Shown one piece after another: positions 10,050-18,969 of a DNA stretch of 62,167 nt. The position numbers and the translations under genes are program-made. The notes under the pieces are model-generated. The model was not told the origin of the DNA and did no database searches. It was given only the letters and a program-made list of their open reading frames with translations. Position 1 is the first letter of the stretch. Each line of letters starts with the position of its first letter. This DNA is from Thermoplasmata archaeon (GTDB lineage: Archaea; Thermoplasmatota; Thermoplasmata; Lutacidiplasmatales; UBA184): assembly GCA_030038655.1 (NCBI GenBank), contig JASHSP010000118.1, positions 1 through 62,167 on the forward strand, read 5' to 3'.

Positions 10050-11744
10050 GTGCCGCGCTCGACGCTCTCCGGGCGCCGCGTCCTCGAGCTCCTGCCCGAT
10101 GGGGTCACCGACGCGACGTGGGAGGAGCTGCTGTTCGCCTCGAAGGCCGAGGTCGACCGGCGCGTCGGGGACGAACTGGAGATCTCGGTGACCCCCGACC
10201 GGCTCGACCTGCTGTCCGAGGGCGGCCTGGCCCTCTACCTCCAGGGGGCGCTGGGGTCCGCGACCGGTCTCCCGAGGGCCCGCCGGGCCCGGGCGGTCGC
10301 TTCGCCGTGGTCGTTCCGGGTCGATAGTTCCGTCGACCCGCTGCGCCCGTACGTCGCCGGAGTCCGCGTGCGGGCTCCGCCCGGCCGACCCCTCGACGAG
10401 GGAACGTTGGCGGAGGCGGTGCGATTCCAGGAGATCCTGCACGCCACGGTCGGACGCGACCGCCGGGCGATGAGCCTGGGCATCTATCCGACCCGACGGA
10501 TCCAGCCGCCGGTCCGATACGCGCTCGAGCCGGTCGACTCGATCCGGTTCGTTCCGCTGCGCGGTACCGACCCGGTGACGGGCGCCGAGTTCCTCGCCGG
10601 CGACTCGATGGCCCAGCGGTACGGTGCCCTGGGGGCGGCGGAGGGACGTTGCCTCACCCTCCGCGACGCGGCGGGGGAGATCCTGAGCGTTCCGCCGATC
10701 CTCAACAGCCGGAGCGCCGGCGAAGCACGGCCCAAGGACCGGGAACTCCTTCTCGAGGCGACCGGCACCCGGCCGCGCGCCGTGCGCGAGGGGCTCGGTC
10801 TCCTGCTCGTCGTGTTCGTGGCGCGCGGGTGGTCGCTCGCGCCGGTGCCGGTCGAGCGCGCCGACGGGTCGCTCGACGACGGCAGCGCGATCCTCGAACC
10901 GGTCGAGATCGATCTCTCCGCCGAGGGTCTCGAGCGGATCACCGGCGCTCCGCTGGCCCCCCCGGAGGTCGCGGCGGCGTTCGCTCGGGCCCGCCTGACC
11001 GCCCGTCGGGCGCGGGGAGGCTACCGGGTCGCGATCCCCCCGTGGCGGCCCGACCTCCTGGCGGCCGTCGACCTCGCGGAAGAGGTCGTGCTGGCCCGCG
11101 GCGTGCGGTCCGAGGACGGGATCGTGCCCGCCACGCCCACCCGGGGCCGGCGCCGCGCCCAGACGGTGTTCCGCCAGCGGATCGCCACCCTCCTCCTCGG
11201 GCTGGAGTTCGCGCAGCCGCACACGCCGCTCCTCGTCTCGGACGCGAGCGTCGCGCGCGTCGACGGGAGCGCCACGATCCGGCTGAGGAACCCCGTCTCG
11301 GGCGAGTTCGCGCACCTGCGCGACCGCCTCCTCCTGTCGCACCTGGACGTCCTGGCCCACAACACGCGGCGCAGCTATCCGCAGCGGTTCGGGGAGGTGG
11401 CCCCCGTCGTGGTGCGCCAGCCGAACGCCGAGTCCGGCGCCGAGACGCGCCATCACGCCGGGTTGATGATCGCGAGCGAACGGGCCGGGTTCGCGGACGC
11501 GGCCGCGCTGGTCGAGTACCTGCTCGGGAGTCTGGACGTCGGGTCGGTCCGTGAGCCGGCCGAGCTGCCGGGGACGATCCCGGGCCGGGCCGCGCGGGCT
11601 CGCGTGGCGGGAGAGGTGGTCGCCGAGATGGGCGAGGTCCACCCGAGGATCCTCGCGCAGATCGGGGTGCCGGTTCCGAGCGCGTGGGCCGAGCTGGACC
11701 TCACGGCGCTGTGGCCGTTGACCGCGCGCCGCGACACCGATTAA
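10050..11744 (+). CDS. pheT: phenylalanine--tRNA ligase beta subunit
   Basis: TPDRLDLLS, SVPPILNS, PPWRPDLL..VDLAEEV, GEVHPRIL; GTG start just after pheS. Confidence 0.93.
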   Translation: MPRSTLSGRRVLELLPDGVTDATWEELLFASKAEVDRRVGDELEISVTPDRLDLLSEGGLALYLQGALGSATGLPRARRARAVASPWSFRVDSSVDPLRPYVAGVRVRAPPGRPLDEGTLAEAVRFQEILHATVGRDRRAMSLGIYPTRRIQPPVRYALEPVDSIRFVPLRGTDPVTGAEFLAGDSMAQRYGALGAAEGRCLTLRDAAGEILSVPPILNSRSAGEARPKDRELLLEATGTRPRAVREGLGLLLVVFVARGWSLAPVPVERADGSLDDGSAILEPVEIDLSAEGLERITGAPLAPPEVAAAFARARLTARRARGGYRVAIPPWRPDLLAAVDLAEEVVLARGVRSEDGIVPATPTRGRRRAQTVFRQRIATLLLGLEFAQPHTPLLVSDASVARVDGSATIRLRNPVSGEFAHLRDRLLLSHLDVLAHNTRRSYPQRFGEVAPVVVRQPNAESGAETRHHAGLMIASERAGFADAAALVEYLLGSLDVGSVREPAELPGTIPGRAARARVAGEVVAEMGEVHPRILAQIGVPVPSAWAELDLTALWPLTARRDTD

Positions 11745-11767
11745 TAGCGACTCCCGGTCGGACGACG

Positions 11768-13444
11768 ATGGCGCGCTCCCGACGGGCGTCGCGGTCGCCT
11801 CCTCGGCGGACCCGGTGGGAGCGCGACGCCCGGGCCGCCATCGGGGACCGCGTCGAAGGGGGCCGCCTGCCGCTGCTTGCGACACCGCCCGCCGCGCCGG
11901 ACGAGGCGTTCCTCGCCCGCGTCGGGTTTCCCGGCGAGGCGCCGTTCACCCGGGGGATCCAGCCGACGATGTACCGGGGCCGGATCTGGACGTTCCGGCA
12001 GTACTCGGGGTTCGGGAGCGCGGAGGCGACGAACCGGCGGTTCCGGTTCCTCCTCGGGGGCGGCCAGACGGGCCTGTCGGTGGCGTTCGACCTTCCCACG
12101 CAGAACGGCTACGACTCGGACCACCCGCGGGCGCGCGGCGAGGTCGGCCGATGCGGGGTCCCGATCGCCAGCCTCGGGGACATGCGGACGCTGTTCGGCG
12201 GGATACCGCTGGACGCGGCGACGGTCTCGATGACGATCAACGCCACCGCGCCGATCCTCGTTCCGCTCCTGGTCGCGGTCGCCGAGGAGAGCGGGGTCCC
12301 CCGGGCGCGCCTCTCGGGCACGGTCCAGAACGACGTGCTGAAGGAGTACGTGGCGCGAGGAACCTACATCTACCCGCCGGCGGCGTCCCTGCGGCTCACG
12401 GTCGACCTCATCGAGTTCTCGACGCGGGAGATGCCCCAGTGGAACTACATCAGCGTCTCGGGCTACCACATGCGCGAGGCCGGCGCGACCGCCCCCCAGG
12501 AGGTCGCGTTCACGCTCGCGAACGCGATCGCCTACGTGCGCGCGGTGCAGCAACGCGGCCTGGACCTCGAGGCGTTCCTGCCCCGGCTGTCGTTCTTCTT
12601 CTCGTCCGACATCCACTTTCTCGAGGAGGTCGCGAAATACCGTGCGGCGCGCCGGCTCTGGTCCCGGATCGTCGGCGAGACGTTCGGCGTCCGGAGCGCC
12701 CGGGCGCGCCAGCTGCGGTTCCACACGCAGACGGCCGGCTCCAGCCTCACCGCCCAGCAGCCCGAGCTGAACGTCGTCCGTACCACGGTCGAAGCGCTCG
12801 CCGCGACGCTCGGAGGGACCCAGTCGCTCCACACGAACGCGCTGGACGAAGCCCTCGGGCTCCCGACGGAGTCGGCGGCCCGGCTCGCGCTCCGGACCCA
12901 GCAGACGCTCGCGGAGGAATCCGGGGTGGCGAACACGATCGACCCGCTCGGGGGGGCGTACGCCATCGAGGAGGCGACCGACCGCATCGAGGAGGCCGCG
13001 AGCGAATATCTCGCCCGGATCGACTCGATGGGCGGCGCGATCGCGGCGATCGACCGGGGTTTCTTCGCGGGGGAGATCGCGCGGGAAGCGTACCGCGTCG
13101 CCCGGGCGCGCGAGGACGGCGCGGAGACGGTCGTGGGCGTCAACCAGTACCTCGAGGGCAACCGGGCGTTCTCGTTGTTCCCGGAGTCCGGTTCGGGCGT
13201 GGCGGGCCAGCGGGTCTCCCCCGGGGACGAGGCCGCCCAGATCGACCGGCTCGTCCGCTGGCGTGCGGCGCGGGACCCGTCGCTCGCCCGCGGCGCGATC
13301 GATCGCCTGTGCCGGTCGACCGATTCCGGCGGCAACGTGATTCCGGACGTCCTCGCGGCGGTCGTCGCCGGTTGTACGCTGGGGGAAATCGCGGACGTCT
13401 GGCGCGAGGCGTTCGGCGAGCAGCCCCCCTCTCGGGCGTTCTAG
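11768..13444 (+). CDS. methylmalonyl-CoA mutase, large (substrate-binding) subunit
   Basis: PFTRG, RQYSGFG (Tyr specificity residue of MCM), GLSVAFDLPT, GTVQNDVLKEY, HTNALDEA. Confidence 0.93.
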   Translation: MARSRRASRSPPRRTRWERDARAAIGDRVEGGRLPLLATPPAAPDEAFLARVGFPGEAPFTRGIQPTMYRGRIWTFRQYSGFGSAEATNRRFRFLLGGGQTGLSVAFDLPTQNGYDSDHPRARGEVGRCGVPIASLGDMRTLFGGIPLDAATVSMTINATAPILVPLLVAVAEESGVPRARLSGTVQNDVLKEYVARGTYIYPPAASLRLTVDLIEFSTREMPQWNYISVSGYHMREAGATAPQEVAFTLANAIAYVRAVQQRGLDLEAFLPRLSFFFSSDIHFLEEVAKYRAARRLWSRIVGETFGVRSARARQLRFHTQTAGSSLTAQQPELNVVRTTVEALAATLGGTQSLHTNALDEALGLPTESAARLALRTQQTLAEESGVANTIDPLGGAYAIEEATDRIEEAASEYLARIDSMGGAIAAIDRGFFAGEIAREAYRVARAREDGAETVVGVNQYLEGNRAFSLFPESGSGVAGQRVSPGDEAAQIDRLVRWRAARDPSLARGAIDRLCRSTDSGGNVIPDVLAAVVAGCTLGEIADVWREAFGEQPPSRAF

Positions 13445-13457
13445 GGGGGTCCGGACC

Positions 13458-13853
13458 GTGCGGGTGGACCACGTCGGCATCGCCGTCGGCGACCTCGCGA
13501 GCTCGCTCGACCGATGGCGCCCGCTCCTCGGAGAGCCCGAGTCCCCGCCCGAGGTCGTCAGTGCGCAGGGCGTCCGGGTCGCCTTCCTCCGGGCCGGGGA
13601 GACCCACATCGAGCTCCTCGAACCGACTTCGCCCGACTCGCCCGTCGGCCGATTCGTCGCCTCCCGCGGCGAAGGAACGCACCACCTCGCGTTCCGGGTC
13701 CCGAACGTGGACGCCGCCCTCTCGGGGGTCATCGAACGGGGCGGTCGCGTCGTCGACCGGGTCGGACGCCCCGGCGCCCGAGGGCGCCGGGTCGGGTTCG
13801 CCCACCCCAGCGCCTTCGGCGGGGTTCTGGTCGAGTTCGTGGAGGCGCCGTGA
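13458..13853 (+). CDS. mce: methylmalonyl-CoA epimerase
   Basis: VDHVGIAV, IELLEP, GEGTHHLAFRV, HPSAFGGVLVEF; adjacent to the mutase. Confidence 0.92.
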   Translation: MRVDHVGIAVGDLASSLDRWRPLLGEPESPPEVVSAQGVRVAFLRAGETHIELLEPTSPDSPVGRFVASRGEGTHHLAFRVPNVDAALSGVIERGGRVVDRVGRPGARGRRVGFAHPSAFGGVLVEFVEAP

Positions 13854-15058
13854 GCCGCATCGTATCGGCCGACCTCGAGGCGATCATCGACGGGCGTGGG
13901 CAGCCGACCGTGGAGGCGACGCTCCGCCTCGAGTCCGGGGCACAGGGCCGGGCCGGGGCGCCGAGCGGGGCGAGCACCGGGGTCCACGAGGCCCGGGCGT
14001 TCCCGCCGGGCGGTGCGGCCGCGGCCCTGCAACGGTTCCCGGAGAAGGTGGCCCCTCGTCTCGTGGGGGTCGACGCCGCCGACCGCGGCGCCGTCGACGC
14101 GGCCCTCCACGCGGCCGACGGATCCCCGGACTTCTCGCAGATCGGGGGGAACACGGCGACCGCCGTCTCCGTGGCGGGCGCGATCGCCCACGCCGCCGAG
14201 GCGGGTCTCCCGCTCTGGAAGGTCCTGGCGCGCCCGGGGGTCGACCGGCCCTCGTTTCCCGCCATCGTCGGCAACTGCCTGAACGGGGGTCGCCACGCGA
14301 TCGGGGGACCGGACGTGCAGGAGTTCATCGCCTTCGCCGAGTCGGTCCGGCCCGAGGAGTCGGTGCGCGCCGCCGTTCGCGTCCACACGCTGCTCGGCGA
14401 GGAGCTGCACCGCCGGTACCCTACCCACGCCCTGGGGCGGGGCGACGAGGGGGGCTGGGTCGCGCCGATCGGCAACGTCGAGGCGCTCGACCTCCTCCAC
14501 GACGCGTGCGCGCGGGCGCGGGACGAGCTGGGGGCCGAGGTCCATCCCGGGCTCGACCTCGCGGCCAGCGAATTCTACCGGGAGGGAACGTACCGCTACA
14601 AGGACCGGGTCCTGGACGCCGAGGGCCAGGTCGCGTTCGTGGCCGAGCTCGTCGACCGGTACGGGATCCGGTACGTCGAGGACCCCCTGGACCAGGAAGC
14701 GTTCGATGCGTTCGCGACGCTGACGCGGGCGGTCGGCGACCGCGCGGTCGTGGTCGGCGACGACATCTACTGCACGCGCGTGGAGCGCCTCCGCCGCGGG
14801 GTGGGGCTCCGGTCGAGCAACGCCGTCCTCATCAAGGTCAACCAGGTCGGCACCCTCACCGACACGTTCGCGACCGTCGACCTCGCGCGGCAGAACGGCC
14901 TGGCCACGGTCGCCTCGCACCGGTCCGGGGACCTCCCGGAAGGGTGGCTGGCCCATCTCGCGGTCGGTACCGCGGCGCGGGGCATCAAGTGCGGAGTTCT
15001 CGGCGGCGAGCGCGTGGCAAAGCTAAATGAACTCCTGCGGCTCGGCCGCGCCACCTGA
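13850..15058 (+). CDS. eno: enolase
   Basis: [55 protein letters not shown]. Confidence 0.95.
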   Translation: MSRIVSADLEAIIDGRGQPTVEATLRLESGAQGRAGAPSGASTGVHEARAFPPGGAAAALQRFPEKVAPRLVGVDAADRGAVDAALHAADGSPDFSQIGGNTATAVSVAGAIAHAAEAGLPLWKVLARPGVDRPSFPAIVGNCLNGGRHAIGGPDVQEFIAFAESVRPEESVRAAVRVHTLLGEELHRRYPTHALGRGDEGGWVAPIGNVEALDLLHDACARARDELGAEVHPGLDLAASEFYREGTYRYKDRVLDAEGQVAFVAELVDRYGIRYVEDPLDQEAFDAFATLTRAVGDRAVVVGDDIYCTRVERLRRGVGLRSSNAVLIKVNQVGTLTDTFATVDLARQNGLATVASHRSGDLPEGWLAHLAVGTAARGIKCGVLGGERVAKLNELLRLGRAT

Positions 15059-15714
15059 TGCCCGACGACGAGCCGATGGCCGAAGAGCCGGTGAGCGCCT
15101 CCGACGGGCAGGACATCCGCCCGGGCGAGCTCCTCATCCCGGAGGACACCTACCTCACTTCCGGCGTCCACATCGGCACCCAGCAGAAGTCGGCGTCGAT
15201 GCGCCGGTTCGTCTACAAGATCCGATTCGACGGACTCCACGTCCTGGACGTCCGCGAGACCGACCGCCGGATCCGGTTCGCCGCGAAGTTCCTCGCGCGG
15301 CTTCCCGCGGAGCGCATCCTCGCGGTCTCCCAGCGCCAGTACGGGCAGAAGCCGGTGCGGATTTTCGCGAAGACCGTCGGCGCGGTCTCCTTCGCCGAGC
15401 GGTTCGTCCCCGGATGCCTGACGAACCCCAACCTCCCCGAGTACTTCGAGCCGAAAGTGCTGGTCGTCACCGACCCCGCCACGGACCAGCAAGCCCTGAG
15501 CGAGGCGGTCTCGATCGGGATCCCCGTGGTCGGTCTGTGCGACGTCAACAACGAGACGCGGGACGTCGACCTCGTGATCCCCGCGAACAACAAGGGACGG
15601 GTGGCGCTTGCGACGGTGTACTGGCTGCTCGCCCGCGAGGTCCTGCGCGCCCGGACCGGCGGTGCGGAGCCCGAGTACGCCCTGACGATCGAAGACTTCC
15701 AGGCCGCCCTGTAG
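15058..15714 (+). CDS. rps2: 30S ribosomal protein uS2
   Basis: [31 protein letters not shown]. Confidence 0.97.
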   Translation: MPDDEPMAEEPVSASDGQDIRPGELLIPEDTYLTSGVHIGTQQKSASMRRFVYKIRFDGLHVLDVRETDRRIRFAAKFLARLPAERILAVSQRQYGQKPVRIFAKTVGAVSFAERFVPGCLTNPNLPEYFEPKVLVVTDPATDQQALSEAVSIGIPVVGLCDVNNETRDVDLVIPANNKGRVALATVYWLLAREVLRARTGGAEPEYALTIEDFQAAL

Positions 15715-15766
15715 GTCGGGCGCGGCGTCCCGGCACCGTCTTATCGGCCGCCCGCCTCTCTTCGCC

Positions 15767-17041
15767 ATGAGCCGGACCGGCTCGGGCCTTCTCGAACTGC
15801 TCACGGAGCACGACGTGCCCGAGAAGGGCGCCCGCCTCTACCTGGCCGCCTGCCGGGCCGGCCCCCAGACCGCGAGCGAGCTCGCCCGCCTCTCCGCCGT
15901 CAACCGAGTGGAGGCGTACCGGATCATCAAACAGCTCGTGGCCGAGGGGCTCCTCAGCGCGACCGGCGCCCGGCCGCACCGGTTCGCGGCGCTCCCGCCC
16001 GCCGAGCTGGTCGATCGCTGGATCCACCGCGCGTCCGAGCGGCTGCGCCAGCTCGAGCAAGGGCGTCCGCGCATCCTCGCGGACTGGGAGGAGCAGCGGA
16101 CCGATCTCGACGAACGCGACCCCCGCAAGTTCGCCGTGCTCGACGGCCGCGAGGCGATCCGGAGCGTGCTCCGGAAGCGCATCGGGACCGCCAAGGAGCA
16201 GATTCTCGTCAGCGCGAACGGTCCGATCCTGCTCTCGATGATCGAGGGCGGGATCGACCGCGCGTTCCGGGAGGCTGTCGCGCGCGGCGTCAAGGTGCGG
16301 GTCGTGACGGAGGTCTATCCGTCCAACCTGCCGCAGGCGAAGCACTTCGCGGCCTTCTCCGAACTCCGTCACACCGGCGGTCCGATCTCGAGCCGGGCGA
16401 TCGTCATCGACCGCGTCGGCGCGGTGGTCTCCGTATCCGGGGAGGACGGGCTCTCGCCGTCCGGGGGCGACGAGGTCGCCCTGTGGTCGACCTCCCCGAC
16501 GTTCGTCCGGCGGGCCCGGGACTACCATCGTCGCCTCTGGACGGGGGGGGTCCGCGCGGAGAGCCGATTCGTCGAGCTCGAGAACCCGCCGGCGGCGGTG
16601 CTCCCGGTGGTCGGAGGGCGCGAGGCGATTCCGTTCCAGCGCCTCAAGGAGATCACGAAGCTCGGGATGCGAGCGTCCGGAGTGCGCGAGTTCGAGCTGG
16701 CGCTTCCCGAGATGATCGAGACGATCGCCCGCCAGCTGGGGCGGGAGATCGCCGAGGAAGTGGAGGGAGAGACCGTAGAGGAGGTCGCCCGCTCCCTCTC
16801 CCGCTACTACGAGACCCACACGATGGGGCACCTCGGGGTCGTGAAGGAGCACCCGCTGACGATGCGGGTCACGGGGTGCTTCGCCTGCACCACGGACTCG
16901 CCGGAGATCGGCCGGGTGATCTGCCCCCAGCTCTTCCGCGCCGTGCTCGAAACGCGGGTCGGCGGCCGCTGGGAGGTCTCGAAGCCCGACCCAACGAAGC
17001 ACGCCGCTCGAGGGTGTGTTTTTACCGCCACGGCCGCGTAG
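15767..17041 (+). CDS. TrmB-family transcriptional regulator with C-terminal Cys-containing (V4R-like) domain
   Basis: N-terminal wHTH (ASELARLSAVNRVEAYRIIKQL), PLD-like effector domain (GVKVRVVTE, IVIDR), C-terminal CFAC...ICP...GC. Confidence 0.82.
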   Translation: MSRTGSGLLELLTEHDVPEKGARLYLAACRAGPQTASELARLSAVNRVEAYRIIKQLVAEGLLSATGARPHRFAALPPAELVDRWIHRASERLRQLEQGRPRILADWEEQRTDLDERDPRKFAVLDGREAIRSVLRKRIGTAKEQILVSANGPILLSMIEGGIDRAFREAVARGVKVRVVTEVYPSNLPQAKHFAAFSELRHTGGPISSRAIVIDRVGAVVSVSGEDGLSPSGGDEVALWSTSPTFVRRARDYHRRLWTGGVRAESRFVELENPPAAVLPVVGGREAIPFQRLKEITKLGMRASGVREFELALPEMIETIARQLGREIAEEVEGETVEEVARSLSRYYETHTMGHLGVVKEHPLTMRVTGCFACTTDSPEIGRVICPQLFRAVLETRVGGRWEVSKPDPTKHAARGCVFTATAA

Positions 17042-17124
17042 CGGTCGCCCCCGCCCCACGGCGCGCCGTCGCGACCGGGGGGTGGGCGAGCTCCCTCCGG
17101 AGCCGGACCGGGGGCCCCGAGGAC

Positions 17125-17436
17125 TCAGTCCCTACCGGCCGGTTGGTAGGCATGTTCCAGCCCCGGGTGGTGGTCGGCCTTGGCTGTGACGCACCGTTCG
17201 CCCGTCTCGGGCCAGCGGTAAGAGCACTGCGGCTCCTCCTCGCCGGTCGTCGACGCCTTCGCGGGCAACCACCCAAAACGTCGCCTCTCGTCGTCGATGT
17301 AGTGCTGGATGTCGAGCTTCCACTGCCGTTCGAAGGAGCGGTTCAGCATCCAAACGCCCCACAGGACCCAGAGCGCGGTGAGCGTGCTCGAAATCACCAC
17401 CGACTCGAGAAGCACGTAGACGATGTGGTGCGCCAT
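17125..17436 (-). CDS. small membrane protein with C-terminal Cys/His cluster
   Basis: N-terminal hydrophobic helix; CSYRWPETGERC...HHPGLEH; TTTTAT on the minus strand upstream (~17475-17480). Confidence 0.6.
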   Translation of the reverse strand: MAHHIVYVLLESVVISSTLTALWVLWGVWMLNRSFERQWKLDIQHYIDDERRRFGWLPAKASTTGEEEPQCSYRWPETGERCVTAKADHHPGLEHAYQPAGRD

Positions 17437-17613
17437 CGCGGGTCTCCCGAGCCGGGTGTATCACGAGGGCTCGATAAAACGACCGTCCTGCTGTCGAGGG
17501 GACGATGGCCGCGGGCCGTGCTCCGCGGCTTCGGGATTTTGGTCAGACCCCTCATTTCTGTCTCAAAGTCGGCCGTGGTGTCGCATCCTGCCTCCCTGCC
17601 TTGGTCCGGACGA

Positions 17614-17678
17614 TAGAGTCACAGTGAAGTGAAGATAATCACAAGGTGGACCGCTCCATCATTAGAATCCCGAAGCCG
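17614..17678 (+). repeat. three-box end module, copy A
   Basis: TAGAGTCACAG (17614), GATAATCACAAGG (17634), TAGAATCCCGAAGCCG (17663); spacing 20 and 29 nt. Confidence 0.85.
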
Positions 17679-17708
17679 CCTCTCGACTAAAGTCACAGCA
17701 GGGGGTTG

Positions 17709-17797
17709 CGGCTCCGTGAACGATTGGGGTTCTTGTGAACGATTGATTCATCCCATGAATAGTTTCGACTCCCCAGGAGAATGGGTTCACGGGGCCG
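17709..17797. repeat. 89-bp mini-element with 13-bp inverted ends
   Basis: CGGCTCCGTGAAC ... GTTCACGGGGCCG (12/13); GTGAACGATTG at 17716 and 17735. Confidence 0.65.
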
Positions 17798-17940
17798 TGG
17801 TCCCCCACTATGGGGGCCGGTGCCACAGAGGCTCGCGCAATCTCAATAGGCACAGTCGAGCGACCGGGTGCAGAACCGAGTTAGTAGACAAGCATGCCGA
17901 GGCCCCGATACGGGCACCTTTCGACTCGGCTAGCTGGCGA

Positions 17941-18216
17941 TTAGGACGAGTTCTCTCTACTGGGAGACGTTTGAGATTGCTTCTTCGCCTCTGGGGCGGG
18001 TTGGCCAGCATTAACCAAAAACTGAAGGGGGTCCACAGGTGTTGGGGTTATCCCTGACGGACGGACTGGGAACTGAATTGCTGGCATGCGTTCAGCATGC
18101 TTCTGCCATGTATCGTCAACGACATTCGAAATGTGTATGGAGGCGGTCAACGTAGACGACGCCAAATCGAGGCTCTCTTGCGCGAGCTTCTTCGGGCGTT
18201 CTATTGAGACCACCAT
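17941..18216 (-). CDS. hypothetical protein (island cargo)
   Basis: ATG 11 nt downstream of the stop of 18228-18851, same strand; no recognisable motif. Confidence 0.4.
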   Translation of the reverse strand: MVVSIERPKKLAQESLDLASSTLTASIHISNVVDDTWQKHAERMPAIQFPVRPSGITPTPVDPLQFLVNAGQPAPEAKKQSQTSPSRENSS

Positions 18217-18227
18217 GCGATCTGCCC

Positions 18228-18851
18228 CTAGACCTCTAGGTCTCCAGGCTCTAAGAGGGCTTCTAGCTTCGCTTTCAGTTCAGCATCGCTCTCTGTCGCT
18301 TGGAGAACTTTCCCGCGGAATGAGAATGCGCTGCTCGCCTTCTTAAGCCGTTGTCCAGCGTCAACGAGCGCTGGTCGAACCTGGGCTTCGCGCGCTTGGG
18401 CGGAAGCCGCCAGCTTCACGCTCGACGCAGCGCTCTCCGCGACAGCAGCCTGCGTCGCCCCAGTCATTGCGTCACGGACATCTGAGGTGGACTTGGCTCC
18501 GAAGTAGTAGCCGATGACCCCGCCGAGAACTCCGGCGACTACCGCGGCAAACGCCTGTGCAGCCGGAACGGAAACCCAGATCGCTAGATAGATGATAGTC
18601 CCGAGAGAAGCAAAGACGATGAACCCCGCGAGCAGATCCTGCATCAGCGAGCTCGACCCACTTCCCCCAGTCCTCGGGGTCGCACGCGAACCGAAGGCAT
18701 CGTAACCGAGAAGAGCTGCACCAGTCACTGCCACGAGGGCCAGCCCAGTGACCCCCGCTCCTCTCCAACCCCAGTAGATCCCCCCCAGGGTCGTCGTAGC
18801 CACGATCGCAAGCGTGGCCCCAGCTATCGAGAGTCGAGGGACGGTCGCCAC
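18228..18851 (-). CDS. four-TM membrane protein with helical C-terminal tail (island cargo)
   Basis: Four hydrophobic segments ending in GGVIGYYFG; Ala-rich helical tail. Confidence 0.7.
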   Translation of the reverse strand: MATVPRLSIAGATLAIVATTTLGGIYWGWRGAGVTGLALVAVTGAALLGYDAFGSRATPRTGGSGSSSLMQDLLAGFIVFASLGTIIYLAIWVSVPAAQAFAAVVAGVLGGVIGYYFGAKSTSDVRDAMTGATQAAVAESAASSVKLAASAQAREAQVRPALVDAGQRLKKASSAFSFRGKVLQATESDAELKAKLEALLEPGDLEV

Positions 18852-18969
18852 TCGGCCATGTAAGGCACACTACTATACCGACTTTTCGTGACGGAGATTC
18901 TGTTCAGTAGTCGGGACTTAGGAGTCGGACAGGCGTGCGCGTTCAAAGTCGGGACCTGCCGCCTCTCGA

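Noticed and set aside
11768..13444. Isobutyryl- or 2-hydroxyisobutyryl-CoA mutase
   Set aside because: Specificity position is Tyr (RQYSGF), not Phe or Ile, and an epimerase is adjacent
11741..15030. Two 1071-aa ORFs overlapping mutase/mce/eno
   Set aside because: Antisense or off-frame shadows of well-supported genes; Arg/Gly/Pro-rich, no motifs; expected at this GC content
17629..18057. Short ORFs over the left island repeats
   Set aside because: No motifs, overlap the repeat boxes, and no recombinase or transposase remnants recognised
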